Shown in pieces: positions 38,803 through 49,577 of a stretch of DNA of 64,000 bases. The notes beneath the pieces were generated by a model that saw nothing but the letters and a program-made list of their open reading frames with translations, was not told the origin of the DNA and did no database searches. Positions within the stretch are counted from its first letter, which is position 1. Every line of letters begins with the position of its first letter. Location: NCBI RefSeq assembly GCF_006345805.1, contig NC_042997.1, forward strand, positions 131,998,001 through 132,062,000. Direction: 5' to 3'. Position numbers and translations under genes: made by a program. The DNA comes from Octopus sinensis. Lineage: Eukaryota.

Positions 38803-40260
38803 TAGTACCTCATATGTGATAAGCAGGACATGCAAAGAATACACTGGCTAATCTAAATCCTTACAGTTGGGACGTTTTTTGATAACACGACTAATCGACC
38901 AGTACTAACCTGGGGTTAAATAAAAGCAACAACAACAAATGACACAGACGTGTATAGGCCATATTTCTAAAAGAAACAACTGCCTATATGGATAGAACTT
39001 GCCTTTTCAATATCAATAAAGATCTTGACTAACAACACAACAATATTTTCTTTGCCAATAATAATGAGGCTTTAGATAGACAATCATTATTTGGTTACAT
39101 CTAAGGTCGGAGACCAGTATGTTTACAATTACGAAAACAAAAACACTGCGCCAAAAAAGTCGTAATTTCTTCAGATGCCTATGTATGTTTGAAGCATCGT
39201 AAATTTAGGAATTGGCAAAAATGAGAAAAAAAGACATAATAATGATAAAACTGGAAGGCGGGATGTTGTTACCCACCTCTTACGTAATTTTTTAGTTTTA
39301 ACATTCATTTGAAAATGTTTTGTTTTTTTTTTTTTTCATTTAATTTCTATCTTGAAAAAATTGAGATTATTCTTCTTCTTCAAAAATATGCATAACTATT
39401 TTAAAACATCTGAAAAGCAAACAAAAAAAAAATGGGAAAAAAAGTCAAAGCAAATATTACCCCCAGCCTAGTTTATTTATTTATTCATTTATTTATTTCA
39501 GAATCGTAATCGGCGATGCTTAAAACATACCGAAGAAATTCTAGTTAATGGCACACAAGATAATTTCCGACTCTATTCCATAGGAACGTCATGTAGGTGT
39601 GTATATATATATAATTTAGGGTATCTAAGAGATACCACCACGCTGGAAATAGCAGCCAAAACTTAACTCTAAAACCAAATTATATTTAAATAACGATCTT
39701 ATCATTATATATATATATATATAATATATATATATATACACACTGCTGTTTACATATTTAGGCAAATCCGCGCGTGTGCCTTAACAGTAGTTAAAGGAAG
39801 GTTTGGGCTACGAAAAAAATTAACAAAATTCCTCCCCAGAAATATAGTAGATGCTATTTCAAAGACACAGTCATGTCTTCGACGATGCCACGAGTGATAA
39901 TAACAATATATAGTAATTGAGGGACTGGTTAATTTACAATAACGTCCTTACATTTTGACCTAAGAAGTGAATATGTATATGAAATATATATTATATAACG
40001 ATGGAAGATTATATTGACCATTGCGCATTGTAATATGAAATACAATGAAGAAATGTTTATTGAAAGGGACGGGCGTATGTATATATAGGAAGGTATTGAA
40101 TTTAAAGTAAATCGATAACGGACAGTAAGATGTAAACATAAATATTATGCAACAAACATGTTTGTACACCAGATGATGTTTTTGCCAAAATTGGAACATT
40201 ATTATGATGCATGCTTTTTTTTTTTAAATTACACACGTACACCTATTTTATATACATGCA

Positions 40261-40305
<45 letters not shown>

Positions 40306-40307
<2 letters not shown>

Positions 40308-40637
40308 TCTTTTACTTGTTGCAGTCATTTGACTGCGGCCATGCTGGAGCACCGCCTTTAGTCGAGCAAATCGATCCCGGGACTTATTCTTTGTAAGCCT
40401 AGTACTTGTTCTATCGGTCTCTTTTGCCGAACCGCTAAGTGACGGAGACGTAAACACACCAGCATCGGTTGTCAAGCAATGCTAGGGGGATAAACACAGA
40501 GACACACACACACATACATATATATACATATATACGACAGGCTTCTTTCAGTTTCCGTCTACCAAATCCACTCACAAGGCATTGGTCGGCCCGGGGCTAT
40601 AGCAGAAGACACTTGCCCAAGATGCCACGCAGTGGGA
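40306..40637 (-). mobile_element. SINE family A (head truncated)
   Basis: Homology. Confidence 0.85.
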
Positions 40638-40773
40638 ATATATATATATATATATATACACACATACACATGATAGATCGCTAGCCACTTTACATTCTTT
40701 ATTTTCTCTCCTTTTCATCTGTTTGTTTTCTACACCACCTGTCTTCGTCTTTTTTTTTTTTTTTGTGAATTCT

Positions 40774-40807
<34 letters not shown>

Positions 40808-40934
40808 TATCATATGTCTGTGTGAATGAATGTATGAGTATTCTATATATACATATATATATTTATATTCACACACACACGCACACATACATATATATTT
40901 GCGCACGCATATGCATACACCTACGCACATCAAT

Positions 40935-41320
40935 CTAACGTCTGTTTCCCCTGCCTATATGGGTTAGACGGGGCCCTCTCCAAACGTCCCACTAATTGTT
41001 GCATTCTTTTGTCAGGTCCTTTGTGAGATTTAGTATCCTTCAGGCGAGCCTTCACCACTTCTGGTCTGCCACTGATTCATTGCACATGAACCGCCAGGCA
41101 CTTCTTCACCCATCTGTCTTCATCCATACACATTACGGATCCACACCAACTTAGTCGTCTACACAACTGATTACATTTACATCCAATTTTTCTGTCAGTT
41201 TGTCTGTGCCTTGTTATTAATACACACTAATATTTTGCATCCAGTATTCCTTTCCTCTTGTACACAACCTCTGCACTCAGTACCCACATCCTCACTACTA
41301 TGCAGCATCATTTTATTTTT
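40935..41320 (-). mobile_element. Decayed RTE ORF C-terminus and 3' end (another family)
   Basis: Degenerate MLH.SE..W / LRW.GHV / GRP..W..VV..DL-like coding remnants. Confidence 0.55.
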
Positions 41321-41336
41321 TGCGCCCTTTTTAAAG

Positions 41337-41561
41337 ACTAGCCAGGCTCATGGGCCCGGTTTCAATGGTGAATGTGTTCCCTAGCTGGACGGGACGCCAG
41401 TCCATCGCAGCGTTACTCATTTTTGCCAGCTGAGTGGACTGGGGCAACGTGAAATGAAGTGTTTTGCTCAAGACCACAACGTGTCGCCCGGTCCAGGAAT
41501 CGAAACCCCAATCTTACGATCATGATGCTGACACCCTAACCACTAAGCCATGCGCCTCCAC
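41337..41561 (-). mobile_element. SINE head D + V-like tail
   Basis: tRNA head GTGGAGGCGCATGGCTTAGTGGTTAGGG; GCTGCGATGGACTGGCGTCCCGTCCAG. Confidence 0.85.
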
Positions 41562-43040
41562 ACACAAGCATCATACAAGCTACCTTTTGCTCAAAGAAGG
41601 AATCTCCTTGTTGCCAGCAAAGATAATACATCTCCCTGAATTTCTCCAGTTAATTCTAACTTTGGCTGACAATGGCTTCAGAGTACCCTCCTTCACCACT
41701 TAGGTTAGCTAAATAAAAGAAATTATCAACTATTTTAAACAGTCTTCTAAATAGTGCAAAGTGTTTATTTTATTGGTGCTCTCAGGGTCAACTACTATAC
41801 ATTTACCACAGGCAAAATCTTTATTCACAGTCAGCCTGCCTTTGATTCCACTTCACTTCATGTGCACCCACAGAAAATATTGAGAAATTGTATTGAATTT
41901 TTACCAACTATTTTTCTGCATATTGAGCAGGCCCCATTTCCCTGATGATAACAGCGCCATGTCTTCTTTCCTACTAAATAAAATTTTATTTTTTACTACG
42001 TTTACTGAGGCTTTTGATCCTCACTTTTGCTCCCATGTCTAGTTTTTCTTCTCTAATTCCTCCACAGCCTAAAGATCAGGTCATCATCAAGTAGAAGTTC
42101 CTAAGACCTAATTTACCTGATATTTTACTATTATCGCCTGGAGAACTATAATTAACCTTGACAAACCTATTTGCACTCTAAATTCTTCTCTGAACTCAAT
42201 GACAAATCTCATTTGTTGACTGCATATCTATATATGGTTGTACCATTCTCACCAACTTTTACTATACTTTGGATCAATAAATGCTAGGTAGAGAGGCCTA
42301 CTCTTAGCTAAGAACTTCTCTTGCAGCTGTCTTTTATAAAGTTAACCTCAGTAGAATTCAGACAAGGAACAAATCCCAACTGCATCTCATCAGAGCAAAT
42401 TCTTTCCTTAATCAATCATGCTAAGACTGTTACTTTCATAACATGCTCTACTGGTCTGATACCTCTGTTGTAGCTCCTTTTTAGAGTGTCTCCTTTACCC
42501 TTTCAGCAGTTGACGATGATAATGAAATGCCAGTTACTAGCTTCTCAGTATTACTCAACTGACCATGCAGGTGACTAATTTGAACCCTATTCACCAGACA
42601 TTTTACATATAATCAACATCTCAATGACTACACTAGATGGACCACCTGCTTTCCCCAACTTCACATCCTTAATGGCCACTTTTGTCTGTTACATCTGTCT
42701 ATCACAATAGCTGGTCCCTCCACTGGGTATAATAAGGGAGATCCTCTTCCTTCCACATGCATATACAACTGTATACATACATAGGTATACACATACATAC
42801 ATACATGTGTGTACTTTCTATTCAACTGTGGTTACTTCTGTAACCACCAATAGATTTATATATACACATATACGAACATACACATGTCAATAGGTACAAC
42901 AAATTGAGTATGTAGGTGGGGGACCCACCAGAGCTAAGCCCCCTTTTACTTTTCATAGCTCTACGGGCCATAACAGAGTGCAAGAAAGAAGTCTGTGCTG
43001 GTATAGGTATATGAAGCATATGGAGGATGTCAGTTATGTA

Positions 43041-43251
43041 CAGGGTGTGACAGAAATACCTCCCACATTTTAAACTTTCACCTATGTGTTGCTAATGAAC
43101 TTATGCAAGTGCCAATGATGTTTTCATTTTGCTAATGAACAAAATCTGTAACCCTTTGTTTAAACAACAGTAAAATTAATTTTTCATAAATGCTGTTTCT
43201 TTTTCCTTTTGTCAACCTTTCAAATGTGGAAGGTATTTCTGCCACACCCTG
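43041..43251. mobile_element. Tc1/mariner MITE (211 bp) inserted in an RTE remnant
   Basis: 34-bp TIRs CAGGGTGTGACAGAAATACCTCCCACATTTTAAA (3 mismatches); TA TSD at 43039-40 and 43252-53; flanks read LCWYRYMKHMED..GTCGRGRLRKTW. Confidence 0.9.
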
Positions 43252-43694
43252 TAGAATAATATGAATGGAACCTGTGGAAGAGGGAGACTGAGGAAAACAT
43301 GGGACAAAGTGAAGATTGACCTCAAGATGTCGCATTTCATAAAAGAGATAACAAAAGACCATGATAATTGGCAACAGGTGATGCTGAAGAAGATCTGACT
43401 ACTCAAGCAAGCGTGGAAAAACATAGGGGAGCATATATAAATTATGCCTATATCTGGGTATTTTTCCCATCTTGTATTACAAAGTGTTCCCATGCAGCCC
43501 CTATTGCCTATTCAGTACTCACTCATCTCTATTGCTCCCTTTCCTAGTCACTGTACCATGCTACAGATGATTTGGAATGAACATTTGATTGTTTACAACC
43601 ATCACATGATGTCAAAACAAGGATTCCTATACCTACATATATATATATATATGAATAAAAAATGGAGTTAACGCAGGTGTAAACAAGTAATTTT

Positions 43695-43780
43695 ACTTTC
43701 GACACATGTTTCGAAAATTCCACTGATACTATTCAAAAGAATAAATGGTATAAACAATGCAATCTTCTCTTCGGAAAAGT
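43695..43780 (-). ncRNA. Minimal type-I hammerhead ribozyme fold (U4C core variant), Penelope-like context
   Basis: Stem I ACUUUU/GAAAGU; core CCGAAGA; stem II GAAGAUU/AAUUUUC; GAAA; stem III ACA-UG-UGU; GUC triplet at 43703-43701. Confidence 0.6.
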
Positions 43781-43944
43781 GAAAAAAACGAAACTCGTCA
43801 ATACGACATTTTAGCAAAAAATGATGGATGTGTATACCTTTATAAACAAGGAGTTACAACACCTTTACTTGTGAGATTTTTGCTGCCCTGGTAACTATTT
43901 ATTTATTTTTCCATGTTAATTGTTAACAAGGTAAAAATACACTC

Positions 43945-43982
<38 letters not shown>

Positions 43983-44239
43983 GCTAAATGTCTTGAAATT
44001 TTTATGTCTCCTTTATCAGTAACAATTTGATATAGTGGTGAACAGTCAGTAGCATTGGAGAGCACAAAGATTAAGGTAGAAGTTGAGAAAAACTTAGTTG
44101 ACATAGAGGACTAGAAGCCATCTGACTATTGGAAAAAAGTTGGCTGTGTTGTGATGATTTGCACTGGGTATGACAGCTGCTCAATGCTCTGTGAATACCA
44201 TAAAGGCTGTAAGACATGAGATTGACAACTACAACAGAG

Positions 44240-45090
44240 ATTAGGAAGCCATGTCCAGCAAGAAGGGACACAGAAGGCATTCTGACTGTGTCCACGTGCC
44301 TGAATTCATCCAACAACTGCACAACAAGGTGATAGAAGACCTGAGTAAGGGAATCCAGGCTTTGATGAGAAAGATGGGTGTCGGAGTTGCCACCAGGAAG
44401 CTGGCACTAAATGAGGACCTTCACTATCACTTGCACAAGAGGCACAAAGGACAAATTTTGACAGCCTAAGCCAAGGAGAACCACTTGATGAAGGTAAAGA
44501 AACTCTTGAACAAGCTGAGGTATCCTGTCGAACTAGGGATAATCTGGTTCTTCTTAGATGTAAAGAACTTCAGCCAGGACCAGTTGCACAACACCCAGAA
44601 TAACAGGTAGCTTGCCTACAGCCCATGTTATACTCCACATATTAGGAAGTGCCCCACAACAGTGATAGTCTTTGGGAGTCTCCAGTAAGGATGAAATCAT
44701 GGCGTGACAAATTTTGAACAGGTCCTTAGGCTCAATTCAGATGGTTATGTGAAGATGCTGCTGACTGTTCAATCTCTAGCAGGAGATGGTTGCTGCTGGA
44801 AGGCTACTTGTGTGGCAGCAAGATTCAGCTCCTTGCCATACCTCCAGAAGGAGTCAGAAGTGCTTGCTGGAGAATTTCTATGACTCCACCAGCCCCAATT
44901 CATGACCTCCTAATTCCCCCAACTGTAATCGTGGTTGACAAAGACACTAACCACTCTGCCTGCAACACCAAGGCCAAGCTGGTGGCCAAGTGCAAAGGAG
45001 GTGTCCAAAGATCTCAGGGACGTGGTGAGGAATAGTCTTAAGGCCATGGTGAAACTGAGGGTGGCTACTGAGAGTAAACCGTTATCTCCC
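44240..45090 (+). mobile_element. Decayed Tc1/mariner-superfamily DD37D (maT-like) transposase
   Basis: FFLDVKNFSQDQ (~44548), WQQDSAPCHTSRRSQ (44813-44857), PPNSPNCN (~44906); stops and deletions; TIRs not found. Confidence 0.75.
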
Positions 45091-45111
45091 AGCTACAATC
45101 TAGTTGATACT

Positions 45112-45307
45112 CTTTACTCTTACTCTTTTATTTGTTTCAGTCATTTGACTGCAGCCATGCTGGAGCACTGCCTATGGTCGAGCAAATCGACCCCAGGACT
45201 TATTCTTTGTAAGCCTAGTACTTATTCTATTGGTGTGTTTTGCTGAACTGCTAAACACACCACCATCGGTAGTCAAGCGATGTTGGGGGACAGACACACA
45301 AACATAT

Positions 45308-45341
<34 letters not shown>

Positions 45342-45502
45342 AACAGGCTTCCTTCAATTTCCATCTATCAAATCCACTCACAAGGCTTTGGTCGGCCTCA
45401 GGCTATAGTAGAAGATACTTGCCCAAGGTGCCACGCAGTGGGAATGAACCCGGAACCATGTGGTTGGTAAGTAAGCTACTTACCACACAGCCACTCCTGC
45501 AC
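45112..45502 (-). mobile_element. SINE family A
   Basis: Homology. Confidence 0.88.
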
Positions 45503-46192
45503 CTATATTTTTTGATTTTTTAAAAATACTTTTATTTCTGGATGCAATATTGTGTTTTCCTTTTACATAAACTGTCAAATTTTGCTCTGTATATGCATAA
45601 ATACATATTTTATATATGCATAGATATATATATGTATATATATTTACACGATGGGTTGTCTTCAGTTTCCATATATCAAGTCTACTCCCAAAGCTTTAGT
45701 CAATCTGGGACAAGTAAAGTACACTTGTGCATGATACCATTCAGTGGGGCTGAAACCAAGACCACATGGCTGGAAAACAAGCTTTTTAATCACATAGCCA
45801 TGCCTGAAATAGGGGAAAGCATGAATTTTACCCGTGCTCATTCCTACACCACAACTGTCCATATTTTTCTATCTCTAATCTTCCTCATCACGATGCTTGG
45901 GTTAGTAATGAGGTGCTGCATTAGAGCTATCAATCTCCAATGCACCTATTTTCTCTTGCCGCTTACAAGGCCACCTCTCTAGTGCTTGGGACCATGATAA
46001 AATGTACTCAAAACAGTAAGTAAAGTGGTTGGTATTGAGAAGGGGCACTCAGCTACTGAAACCATGCCAAAAATAATACGTGTGGGTAAGACACGGTACC
46101 CCAAGACGTTTAGAGGAACAGAAAGCTCCTAATAAGAACTGGCCCAGCATGAAAGCAGATGTCAAATTATGACTATGATATATATGATATAT

Positions 46193-46223
<31 letters not shown>

Positions 46224-46416
46224 AAACCAACATACACACAGATTTATTATATAATACGTGTGTACGTGTTTGTAAATAAATTTATGTAATATGTGTTCAA
46301 AAATATGTGCTTCCATGAAGAACTAATGAAGTTCCGCCTATTTTATGTTGGTGATCCAAATTTCATTGTCTGCCAACCATAACAAATAATCACGAGTCAC
46401 AACAAAAATAAAGCAA

Positions 46417-46463
<47 letters not shown>

Positions 46464-46801
46464 TATATATATAAACACACGAAATTCATGCAGTCATGTC
46501 AAACTAATTCTGTCTACTTATATGAAAATATTCTGACTGAAACAATGGAGAAGGCTCTGTGTAAGTCGTTCGGTCTCCTAGAAAATGCAGTCAAATTTCC
46601 CTCAGTCTACACCACCGTCTTAATGCAGTCCTATATACAAGATATGATGGTATGGTCATGGCTGAAACGCCTCTGATCATAGGGTGATATCAATCAGAGC
46701 TGATTCGGAGCTGAACAATAAGGTAAATGACAATACCAGAAAAAGACTGTATATGCATACGTATACATAAATATATGCTAAAACTAGCAAGAGTGCATAG
46801 C

Positions 46802-46890
<89 letters not shown>

Positions 46891-47565
46891 GTATGCTGAA
46901 GGCAATAAGAGAGTGTATATATACATATATGTAAATATATAGTATACAGGAGAGTGTATATACATACATATCTAAAAATAGATACTAACCAGAAATGAGT
47001 GTGTATAAAATACACGTATGTATAAATATACGCTAAATCTAACGCATACATAAGTATACAAAAATATATACTGAAACCAGAAGGAATCGGTAAATATATT
47101 TAACAAAAACATTTCGTAATATTTTGGAATATCCAATCTTAAAAGAAAGATTAACGCGAAAACGGAGACCTTTATCATAAAAGAAAAAGAAAATGGTTAA
47201 ACTGTGGTTAAACCAATATTGGTTTTTTAGGGGTAAAAAAAGAAAGAAGACAATATTTTGTTTAAGTAGAGAAGTTGCACTTAATTCAATCATTCCCTCA
47301 GTATATTACTGGTACTGACTATCGATCTGGAAAGATTACAATGTCAAAGCAAAACCAGAGAGTATTAAAAGAAATATTTTTTCAGATATTTGTAAAGGTT
47401 TTTTTTCTTTCTGCTTTTTTTTTTCTATCGAACCACAGTTAATGTTTTCACTGAAGATTAAAATACTTATCTACAAACTACAAAAAGACATTTAATTTTA
47501 ACAATATAGATATGTATATGTGTATGAATGTAGTTATGAATGATGGACAAAAAAAGGGGGCTTAC

Positions 47566-47713
47566 ATGATATGACTTCCACATTTGGACTCTCCGGAGTG
47601 CCAGCTTTTGAAGTGGAATCCCAACTGAGATGGAATGAAGTGAGAAGGACAACACTAGGCCTGCCATCAACATCAAGATTTCCGTACAACAAGATGTTTT
47701 GGTCGGCAGCCAT
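47566..47713 (-). CDS. Probable first coding exon of a ceramide kinase / CERKL-like gene (N-terminal PH-like domain)
   Basis: ATG at 47713, 49 codons MAADQNILLYGNLDVDGRPSVVLLTSFHLSWDSTSKAGTPESPNVEVIS plus 1 nt, then a strong donor T|GTAAGC (phase 1). ILL.G....(D)V.L....L.W pattern resembles the CERKL/CERK N-terminus, whose first intron is also phase 1 (recalled). Non-repetitive, CpG-retaining sequence. Family assignment is tentative. Confidence 0.6.
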
Positions 47714-47939
47714 ATTATACAAACACACCGACTTTACTATGAGGAGAGAGAGAGTGAGAGACACTGGTGGATAGATAGTAATATAGTGAGAGGAAGAGAG
47801 AAAGTGTAATGTATGTGAGAGAGAGAGAGAAAAAGAGAGAAGCAAATGAAAGAGTGAGGGGAAGAGAGCGTGAAAATGAGAGACAGTGTTGCTGAGAAAC
47901 GAGTAGCTTGTGATTTTTAACCAGTTAAAGATAAGAGGC

Positions 47940-47990
47940 TCTCAGCTGAATGCAATGGAATCGCCACCCACACGTCTTATATAAGGAGTA
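47940..47990 (-). promoter_or_regulatory. Candidate core promoter (TATA + Inr) of the minus-strand gene
   Basis: TATATAAG at 47983-47976; CA initiator (GCATTC) with +1 near 47951, 32 nt downstream; CT-rich 5'UTR leading to the ATG. Confidence 0.45.
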
Positions 47991-48049
47991 AAAATAAAAT
48001 TTGCAAATTTGAACACACACACACAAACATAGACACACATACATGCATA

Positions 48050-48067
48050 CATACATGGATACATACA

Positions 48068-48100
<33 letters not shown>

Positions 48101-48108
48101 GTATCCAT

Positions 48109-48166
<58 letters not shown>

Positions 48167-48231
48167 GTATGTGGCAAAGTAATTTATTTTATTTTCAGTA
48201 TGTGGCAAAGTAATTTATTTTACTAAGCCCT

Positions 48232-48325
<94 letters not shown>

Positions 48326-48372
48326 GTGTGTGTGTGTGTGGTGTGTGTGTGTGTGTATGTATATGTATGTAT
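48050..48372. repeat. Compound (TACA)n/(TA)n/(TG)n microsatellite with a ~30-bp tandem duplication
   Basis: Direct reading; TTCAGTATGTGGCAAAGTAATTTATTTT occurs twice at ~48163-48221. Confidence 0.95.
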
Positions 48373-48761
48373 AGGTAGTGGAGTTCTGAAAGAAGTCTCA
48401 GGGAATAGTGTCCCTGCTTTTCTGACCTAGATTTTCACCACATTACTTAAAAATCGTGATAGAAGCCTTGGTCTTGTGGCCACTAATGTCTAGAAACTGA
48501 GGTTGGGGATAAGTAAGAGCATGCTCCCCGTAGAAAATACAGCTCCAAAAAACCCTCATTATAGAAAAGGGGAATGGGCACTAGCCAGCCCAAAGGTTGG
48601 GGTGGGCTGCACCTGCCTACCTTGGTTGGTATGGGTTCGAGGTAGACCTGCCCCTGCCCCTGTTAATGGGAACAAAACAAAGATTTAAAATACTGGGTGA
48701 TGATAATGATGATGATTATATAAATATAATCAGTTGCAGTAAATATATATATATATATATT

Positions 48762-48892
48762 TGGCGTTAGGAAGGGCTGCCAGATCTGACTGGGCCTGAC
48801 GAAGCCTTCCAGCTTCACAGACCCCAGTTGACCCGTCCAACCCATGCTAGCATGGAAAGCAGACGCTAAATGATTATGATGATGATGATGAT
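48762..48892 (+). mobile_element. Short RTE tail fragment
   Basis: TTGGCGTTAGGAAGGG..(GAT)n. Confidence 0.8.
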
Positions 48893-49090
48893 ATAGTTAA
48901 TCCAAACAAGAAAACACAACAACGCGAGGACGAGGAACAAATATAGTATTATTGGACGCTCAGGAAAGAAGGGAAGAAGGAGGGTTTAACGTTTCGAGCG
49001 GAGCTCTTCGTCAGAAACATAGGAGAAGGAAAGATCCAGAGAAGGGAAGACAGAGGAAAAAAAAATCGCCAACGGTACACACGAGGTCAC
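48893..49090 (-). mobile_element. Penelope-like pseudo-LTR fragment
   Basis: Contains the CTGACGAAGAGC..GCTCGAAACGT motif typical of PLE termini; CpG-rich; flanked by simple repeats. Confidence 0.55.
48984..49018 (-). ncRNA. Minimal hammerhead ribozyme fold
   Basis: Stem I GUUU/AAAC; CUGACGA plus an extra A; stem II GAGC-UCC-GCUC; GAAA; palindromic stem III ACGU; GUU triplet. Confidence 0.65.
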
Positions 49091-49577
49091 ATATATATAT
49101 ATATATATGTGTGTGTGTGTATATATATATATGTATGTATGTATGTATGTATATATCCTATGTGACTTGCTTGTCAATGGTGTATATACATTAAGTATGA
49201 TATTGATAGCTATGTGTGTGTGAGCGGATATACATATGTATGTGCACACACACACACCTAGATGCTTATGTATGCATGTATATGCATAAGAATATATATA
49301 TGGAAAATGGTTGTTAAATAATGATGATGCTACTGCTGATGTGTATGAGTGTGAATGACCAAGACGTCCTATAGTGCCTCATCTTGCCCTATGCACTCCA
49401 CAGTGCCCTGCTGTAACCGCCCTCTTCTCTGTTGAAACCGTTCTGGTGGTTTCTTCTGTAGAATCAGCTGGCTCCAGTCTTCATATGCGTAGGTAGGCAA
49501 GCCCTAACTTTTCAAAGGTTCAAGACCAGTTGGCCCACTCCACCCCATGATGACTAGATTGTCTTCGTTGCATCTGT

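Noticed and set aside
39100-39180. CTGAAGA followed by an 8-bp stem on minus, hammerhead-like
   Set aside because: GTAAA replaces GAAA and no stem I can be formed.
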